Both the position numbers and the translations under genes were made by a program. A model generated the notes under the pieces. That model searched no databases. It saw only the letters and a program-made list of their open reading frames with translations, and was not told where the DNA came from. A stretch of 64,000 nucleotides of DNA. Origin: Octopus vulgaris. Lineage: Eukaryota. Below, one piece after another: positions 55,687-64,000 of the stretch. The stretch spans positions 8,122,001 through 8,186,000 of the forward strand of contig OX597838.1 in the NCBI GenBank assembly GCA_951406725.2, given 5' to 3'. Position 1 is the stretch's first letter, and every line of letters starts with the position of its first letter.

Positions 55687-56119
55687 ATATATATATATAT
55701 ATATTGATAGATAGATAGATCGATAGATAGATAGATAGATAGATAGACTCGATAAAAGGACAGCTAAGGTAAAAGACAGACGAATAGATACAGAAGTTAG
55801 ATGAAGGGTGGAGGGGTGTTGGGGGTTGCCATGGTCTGCTGCAAATTTGTATACATATCATTGTCATTTGAAACCTTGGTGTAAACCTATGCAGTTGCTC
55901 AGAACTGTGCTATTTCATTAAGAGAATCTAATTTCTACTTCTAGGCTCACAATCGACTTAATCCCTTTGTCTGTCCTTGTTTGTCCCCTCTATGTTTAGC
56001 CCCTTGTGGGCAATAAAAAAATATAGATAATATAAGTAGCGTGACGGCCTAGCCCGCACCGATCCCGTGAATGTCACAGCCGCATCAGCGACTGACGGGT
56101 CCACATTTTCAAATAGATA

Positions 56120-56379
56120 ATAATAATAATAATGTTCGTCCTTCGGTTCGAAGATGACCAACTGACATCATCTGATGGAACTGCCGCCATGAGACCTGAG
56201 GTGGCTGGTGAGGCCAATCCGGGCAAGGAAGCCCCTCCCACAGGTGGGGCAGAAGTGGGTAGGGGCCGTGCTACTGGTGCAGGCGGCTCTGGCTTTACGC
56301 ATCTGACGTTTCTGCTCCGCTGACCGAATCTGTCCCTCCTCGGCTGTCCCTGCTCCCACGGTCCCTGCTCCCACGGTGA
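56120..56379 (-). mobile_element. 3' fragment of an RTE-clade LINE
   Basis: AEQKRQMRK...CPTCGRGFLARIGLTSHLRSH C-terminal zinc motif, short 3' UTR, (ATT)n tail, 12-bp TSD ttcaaatagata (56108-56119, 56380-56391). Confidence 0.85.
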
Positions 56380-56520
56380 TTCAAATAGATAGTCTGTAGA
56401 TGTCAAATGAAGCGCTCTGCGCAAGAACTCAACGGGCAAGCCCGTGCAAGAATCAGACGCACGGCTTTAAGATCGTGAGGTCAAGTCTCTAACCACAAGG
56501 CTACACGCCATCTCTCTCTC

Positions 56521-56567
<47 letters not shown>

Positions 56568-56629
56568 AATTATCTATCTATCTCGCTCTCTCTCTCTCTT
56601 TCTCTTTCACATACAAAAACACATAGAAC

Positions 56630-57045
56630 TTTTTTCATTGGATTGCGGCCATGCTGTAACACTGCCTTCAAGAGTTCACGTTACATCCATTACTTAATTT
56701 CTTTTAAACTTGCTACTTATTCTATCGATCCCATTTGCCGAACTGCTAAGTTTCGGGGAGGTAAACAAACTAACATCTTTTATCAACCGGTGGTGGGACA
56801 CTCATACTCACACACAATCATACACACACACACACACACAAACATACACACGCACACACACACGCATATGCACAAACAGACACATACACACTCGACGGGT
56901 TTCTTTCAGTTTCCGGCTTCAAAATCCACTCACAAGGCTTTGCTCAGATTGGTGCCATATTAGAAAATATTTGACCAAAGTTACGCATAGCGGGACTGAA
57001 CCCAAATCCATATGGTTGGGAAACTCGCTTCTTAAACATTGTAAT
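56630..57045 (-). mobile_element. SINE family B, old diverged copy
   Basis: Degenerate homology to family B. Confidence 0.7.
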
Positions 57046-57095
57046 TATACACACTCGCTCGTGTGTGTGTGTATGTATGTATGTATACACACACA

Positions 57096-57163
<68 letters not shown>

Positions 57164-57221
57164 TATACATATATATATTTATATATATATATACATACAT
57201 ATATATATTTATATATATACG

Positions 57222-57269
<48 letters not shown>

Positions 57270-57296
57270 TACATATATGTAAATAATATATATATT

Positions 57297-57341
<45 letters not shown>

Positions 57342-57375
57342 ACATATATGTAAATAATATATATATTTATATATT

Positions 57376-57409
<34 letters not shown>

Positions 57410-57430
57410 TATACATATATGTAAATAATA

Positions 57431-57492
<62 letters not shown>

Positions 57493-57886
57493 ATATATAA
57501 ACATATATATATAATGGTAAAGATCACTATTAGCGCATGTGCTCAAGGTTTCTGCTAGTGAAGGCCATCATCAGATGGATAATAGCCGAATAATTCGATT
57601 GAAATAAATATTATTAGATAGCGTTTGCTATTGCTGATCACGTGTTATAATCGCCGTTGAGAAATCGTTTGCTGAATATCGTTTTTCGTTCGAAATCCAT
57701 CTGAAAATTTATCGTTCATTCTAACCGGATGTTTGCATTACGTCAAATATCGTTAACCACCGTCATATATCTTCATTAGAATTGGATTATTCAGTTTTTA
57801 GACGTCTGGCCAGTGAATTGGCTGCCAGGAAACATAAAGTCATAGAGCAACAGCGATATTTAACTATTATTATTATATATGTATAC

Positions 57887-57938
<52 letters not shown>

Positions 57939-58670
57939 CACGTATGTGTGTATGTGTGTATTTATGGGTGTGTATTAATAATACGCATACGCATTGATAT
58001 ATATATATATCTATACATGTATACGTATGTATTTATGTAAACATGTGAGTGTGTGCGCACGAGGGCGAGCCCGTGTATGTGTTTGGTAGCTCGCTAGTTT
58101 TAGCACTAACCACCTTTGTAATTGTGCACTCTCAGTAAATAAATAATCCATTTACATGAACAAAAATTGTACTGACAAGTTTCATGTATATGTAGCAGAA
58201 ATATATCCAATGTATTGTACTATTTAGACGTCAGAAATTATTTTATTGCCCCAGTATATCACGGTGAATATAGTTTTTGTTACCTTTTTAAGACGAATAA
58301 TATTTCTCGTTGATATATAAAACTACCGCTTCGTTCAATCGTCCATTGTATATCAACCGCTCGTGCTGTGATAAAAGGGTTAAATACTGCATTATCAAAC
58401 GTATGAACGTTTCATTCAACACCAGCTGAAGAAGTGAGTAGTTGACGAAACTGTTACATGCCACTCGTTCGTAATTCACACAGATATAAAAATTTAACTG
58501 TACACGCAAATTAATTTGTACCCGTTTCTTAGAAGCCGCTTAAAAACACACAATCACAACATAGATGCAAACATGTGTACTTGTGCTTGTGCGTACGTAT
58601 ATCTGTGTGTGTGTGTGAGTCTGTCTGCCTATGTGGATGTGTATATGATTATTTAAAGACGTATGTTCGT

Positions 58671-58715
<45 letters not shown>

Positions 58716-58764
58716 TACACACATACATACATACACTCACACACACATATATATAAATAAATAA

Positions 58765-58814
<50 letters not shown>

Positions 58815-58943
58815 TCGACCAACTCAAAAATTCGAAAATTGAATCGTTGTATATGTGGTAAGTCTGAAGCCTAAACAGTATGGAAGAACAATACAGGAAG
58901 ATATCTAAAATTTGTAAAAGCCGATATAAAATGTTAGTTGGTT

Positions 58944-58984
<41 letters not shown>

Positions 58985-59222
58985 AGATAAACAGAGGAAT
59001 TTGACATGTTCACTGTGGTACGCACCGCTCGGTGTGATTCGTATCTCAGCGAAAAATACACATGTTTTTGAACGAAATTTTAGCAGGGGTATGTTATGGA
59101 TAGAAAAATAACAATATGGATTTTTTATATATACAAAGGTATGCTTCCAAAGTTACCTATCATATGAAGAGTAACATATATAGATAAGGAGATACATTCT
59201 TCAACGATATAAGCTAAATTCA

Positions 59223-59284
<62 letters not shown>

Positions 59285-59315
59285 ATATGTATATATATAT
59301 GTGTGTGTATGTATG

Positions 59316-59408
<93 letters not shown>

Positions 59409-59709
59409 TATGAGTTAGAGGTTGTGTAACCTTTTAAGGAATAAACGTATCCGTAAGCACTACTGGTGTATTGCCTCCCTACTGGTGTATAGGCCTTGCT
59501 GTAAGCTTAATAGTAGTTGGTAATTCAAATGGTAAAACGGTGGTTTAATATATTCAGATAAGAAAAGAAATGGAACAACAATTAACAATTAGAAGTTAAC
59601 CATCGGTGTTAAAAGGTCATAGTTTAATTGTAGTTCAAGAACATTTACAGCTGTTTCATTTTGTTATTTCGAAGTAAATTTGCATTTATCTCGTTCCATT
59701 TAACAAATA

Positions 59710-59793
<84 letters not shown>

Positions 59794-59961
59794 AGAGAGA
59801 CAGAGACAGACAGACAGAGAGCAGCGTGCAATGTTTTACCAAAAGGAAAACTATAAATATCTCTAAATATGACTAGGGTGTCAGAAACACCTACATTGCT
59901 AGAAATAAGAGCTTAGATTCTCTAACGCTGTAGTCAAAGCATATAATTGTGTATACATATA

Positions 59962-60016
<55 letters not shown>

Positions 60017-60679
60017 TATACTGGCTGGGATTATTGGTGTTTTCGGTAATTGTCCCGGTCACTATACATGCCTATAATTATGTGCGTCGACTATATATGG
60101 GGGTGCATGAACCATAGAAACGTCAGGAGGTATAAGAGGTGAATAAATTTAACCATCAGTCATCCTTAGGATAACAGCCGTTTCGCAGCCAACTTTATGT
60201 AATAATAATATATTGGATAATTAATTATGTTTATATATCTGAATTAATAAGAATGCTACGCATATTAATGTGAATATACAGTACAACTGTATATTCACAA
60301 TTCAATGCATATAAAGCTAGCTAGCTCATCAGATCAACAGAACATCATAGTTGCACCAATAGCCACACAATTTTTATGAACCCATATATTTCGCCCCTCA
60401 CACACACACACATATAGTATACACATTCAGAGAGAGAGCGAGTGAGAGAGAGAGAGAGAATATGTGTAAATATGTGCATATAGATCTTCATATATGCAAA
60501 CGCATATATACGCAATCGCATAGATAGACAGACAGATGGACGGACGGACGGACGGACGGAGAGACGGGCAAACAGACAGTCAGACACACAGACAGACAGA
60601 CAGACAGACAGACAGAAAGGCAGACAGGAAGGCAGGCAGGCAGGCAGTCAGACAGACAGACAGACTGATAGATAAATAA

Positions 60680-60744
<65 letters not shown>

Positions 60745-60745
60745 C

Positions 60746-60812
<67 letters not shown>

Positions 60813-60872
60813 TATATAGATAGACAGAGAGACAGAGAGACAGACCGACAGACAGATAGATATGTAGATAGT

Positions 60873-60949
<77 letters not shown>

Positions 60950-61503
60950 TGAAGGTGCATGAGTTGGGCTTGTAAGCAGAATGTGACTTCGGTCGGAATA
61001 AAATCGATGAAGACGCGAAAAAGAAAAACAGAATAAAAAGAAACAAAAGCGGAAAGAAAAATTATAGGAAACTCATTGAAAATTAGAGGAGAAACATTTT
61101 TGCTTCAATACAACATAATGAAAAGCGTCTTTATACACTGAGAGGAGAGCACTATTATTTTTTAACACAGTTCAGCTGGTAATAATAATTCTTGTTACAT
61201 AGCCACACGAGTGTGTATAATGGCTATTGTATATACACAATTGTTCAATAACAGCAATGTACGCGCGGCCTCACACACACACACATACAATCTTATGTAT
61301 GTATGTATGTAGTTACAATCGTGCCTACATAGCCATACATATCGGTGAAGTGCATATGTGAACGCGAATATGTACCGCCATATTTTTATTAGATCTCTCT
61401 CTCTCTTTCTCTCTCTCTCTATCTCTCTCTCTCTCTTTCTCTCTCTCTCTATCTCTCTCTCTCTCTTTCTCTCTCTCTCTATCTCTCTCTCTCTCTCTCT
61501 TTC

Positions 61504-61536
<33 letters not shown>

Positions 61537-61702
61537 GGTGTGTATACAACACGCATACACACGCACGCACACACATATATATGTATATGTAAACACGGAT
61601 GCAACCCTCCTTATCGTTATACAAAATGCTCTTTAACGTTACATAGATTTGTTTACACATAAATACATGACTGCCCTCACCCTCACTGCGTGCGAGCGCT
61701 AG

Positions 61703-61760
<58 letters not shown>

Positions 61761-61875
61761 GATGCAATTATTATCCTTATAGAAAATGTTTTTTTAAGAT
61801 TACATGGACGTATGTTTTTACACACTCACATATAAACCTATATTCCATTCTCACTGTGTGTGTGTCTGTTTGTGT

Positions 61876-61920
<45 letters not shown>

Positions 61921-62444
61921 CGTGCGTGTTTGTATGTGATCGTATTCACGAGGAGCAGCTACATATTGATCACGTTCCGCGCAAGATTCGAACCTGAATA
62001 TGCTAGTTATTGTTGCATTTCTTCTTTAGAGAACAAATTCCCGTTTCAGACAATGTTTATTCATATCACAATCGCTCCATTGAGACAGGGAGACCTCGAA
62101 ACACCCGGTGTTTCGATCTGGTTGTGCCGCTTCAGTCAAAGCTATTCCAGTATAAATGATTCCAAACAAGAAACGTAGCTTTTATTTGCAAAAGTTCGGC
62201 AAACATCTCGTTCGCTAATGTTTGTTGATGTCTGACAAACTGATGATAAATGATTCTGTATAGGAAGAACAACGAGAATCAAAAGAAATAATGTAAAAAG
62301 TCATTCTTAATAAGTTCCGGCAGAATATATACAGTGCTATAATGATGGGACATCTATTATGGTAATGTATTATACACTTTACTTAATAAATGTGCTTCTG
62401 CCAGTCCTATTTCCAATCATTATCTGACACTCTATGTATGTATG

Positions 62445-62478
<34 letters not shown>

Positions 62479-62665
62479 TGTATGTATGTATGTATGTACG
62501 TATGTATGTATGTATGTACGTATGTATGTATGTATGCATGTACGTATGTATGTATTATGTATGTATGTATCCAACTATCTATCTATCTATTTATCTATCT
62601 ATCTGTCTGTCTGTCTATCTGTCAGTCTGTCTCTCTGTATGTCTGTCTGCCCGACCGCCTGTCCG

Positions 62666-62720
<55 letters not shown>

Positions 62721-62944
62721 GCTGCACTCTTTCGCCCCAACTTTCTCTCACTCTTTCTTCCTGTTTCTTGTCCCCCGACTTCCTACGCAACCGCTGAGCC
62801 TTGATGCGCATTCATCCATCCGTCGATGCTCTCGGTGTCGGGGGTTGACCTGCTTTCTCTTCTGCGTGTCTTACGAATAGCAAAGGACTAACGTTTCGGA
62901 CTTCTCCCATCTTGCGAGCTCTGGGACGAAGACCGTTCGCTCAA

Positions 62945-63183
<239 letters not shown>

Positions 63184-63555
63184 CGGGTGGGAAGTGGGGA
63201 CATGTGTTGTAACAGTGCACCGCTGCATCGTCCATTTGTTGATAATTCCTTACTACGCCCGGCCGATTACCACTCAGGCGACAACCCTACAACCTTTTGG
63301 TCTGTTTGGGGGCAATCGCTGCTGGTGAGAGTTTTTACACGGTGAAAGTTCAAATCCTACCTCAACCTCTTTTAATCGCTTTTTATGACGCTCAGAGGAA
63401 ATGTTGGGTCCATTCTCTGACCTTCCACAGCCCTAGAGCAACGTAAAATGAAGTGTCTTGCTCAAGAATACGACACACCGCCATGTCCAGGAATCGAACC
63501 TAAACACTTGCGCACGGTCCTTCCTTACTATGGTTATTATAGAACTGTATCTAAT

Positions 63556-63718
63556 AGGTGCAGGAATGGCTGTGTGGTAAATAGTTTGCTTACCAACCAC
63601 ATGGTCCCGGGTTCAGTCCCACTGCGTGGCACCTTGGGCAAGTGTCTTCTACTATAGCCTCAAGCCAACCAAAGCTTGCTGAGTGGATTTGGTAAATGGA
63701 AACTGAAAGAAGCCCGTC

Positions 63719-63762
<44 letters not shown>

Positions 63763-64000
63763 ATGTAGGCGCAAGAGTGACTGTGTGGTAAGTAGCTTGT
63801 TTACCAACCACATGGTTTCGGGTTCAGTCCCAATGCGTGGTAACTTGGGCAAGTGTCTTCTACTATAGCCTCAAGCCTACCAAAGCTTGGTGAGTGGATT
63901 TGGTAAATGGAAACTGAAAGAAGCCCGTCGTATGTATGTGTGTGTGTGTGTGTGTAGGCGTAGGAGTAGCTGTTTTGTAAGTAGCTTGCTTACCAACTAC
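63556..64000 (+). mobile_element. Tandem array of SINE B 5' halves (at least 3 units, runs off the window)
   Basis: Units start aggtgcagga/aggcgcaaga/aggcgtagga at about 63556, 63767 and 63956; the first two end in the internal TA/TG microsatellite. Confidence 0.85.

Overview
AT-rich, microsatellite-saturated eukaryotic DNA. The SINE families and repeat density suggest a coleoid cephalopod, most likely Octopus (inference). One host gene is recognisable: a minus-strand PRD-class homeobox gene orthologous to Drgx/Prrxl1. I rebuilt it by hand from five phase-compatible GT-AG exons (24846-24755, 7311-7210, 5605-3993, 3384-3302, 1911-1727) that encode the homeodomain, a very long low-complexity linker and the C-terminal OAR motif. 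Its first coding exon was not found and probably lies beyond the window. The introns hold a near-intact 6.1-kb L1/Tx1-clade LINE inside a (GATA)n array, a 5'-truncated CR1-type LINE, an RTE fragment, many tRNA-derived SINEs, and hAT, mariner and 8-bp-TSD MITEs. Most other ORFs in the supplied track are microsatellite translation artefacts. Two signals stand out. (1) Several small, mostly (TA)n-associated, Penelope/retrozyme-like inserts carry minimal type I hammerhead ribozyme folds, including a G3:C8 core-swapped variant on the sense strand of the last Drgx intron. (2) The Tx1-like LINE and an abundant SINE share a 3' tail, and the SINE tail stem-loop also occurs in the LINE 5' UTR. All family names come from recalled motifs; no database search was run.
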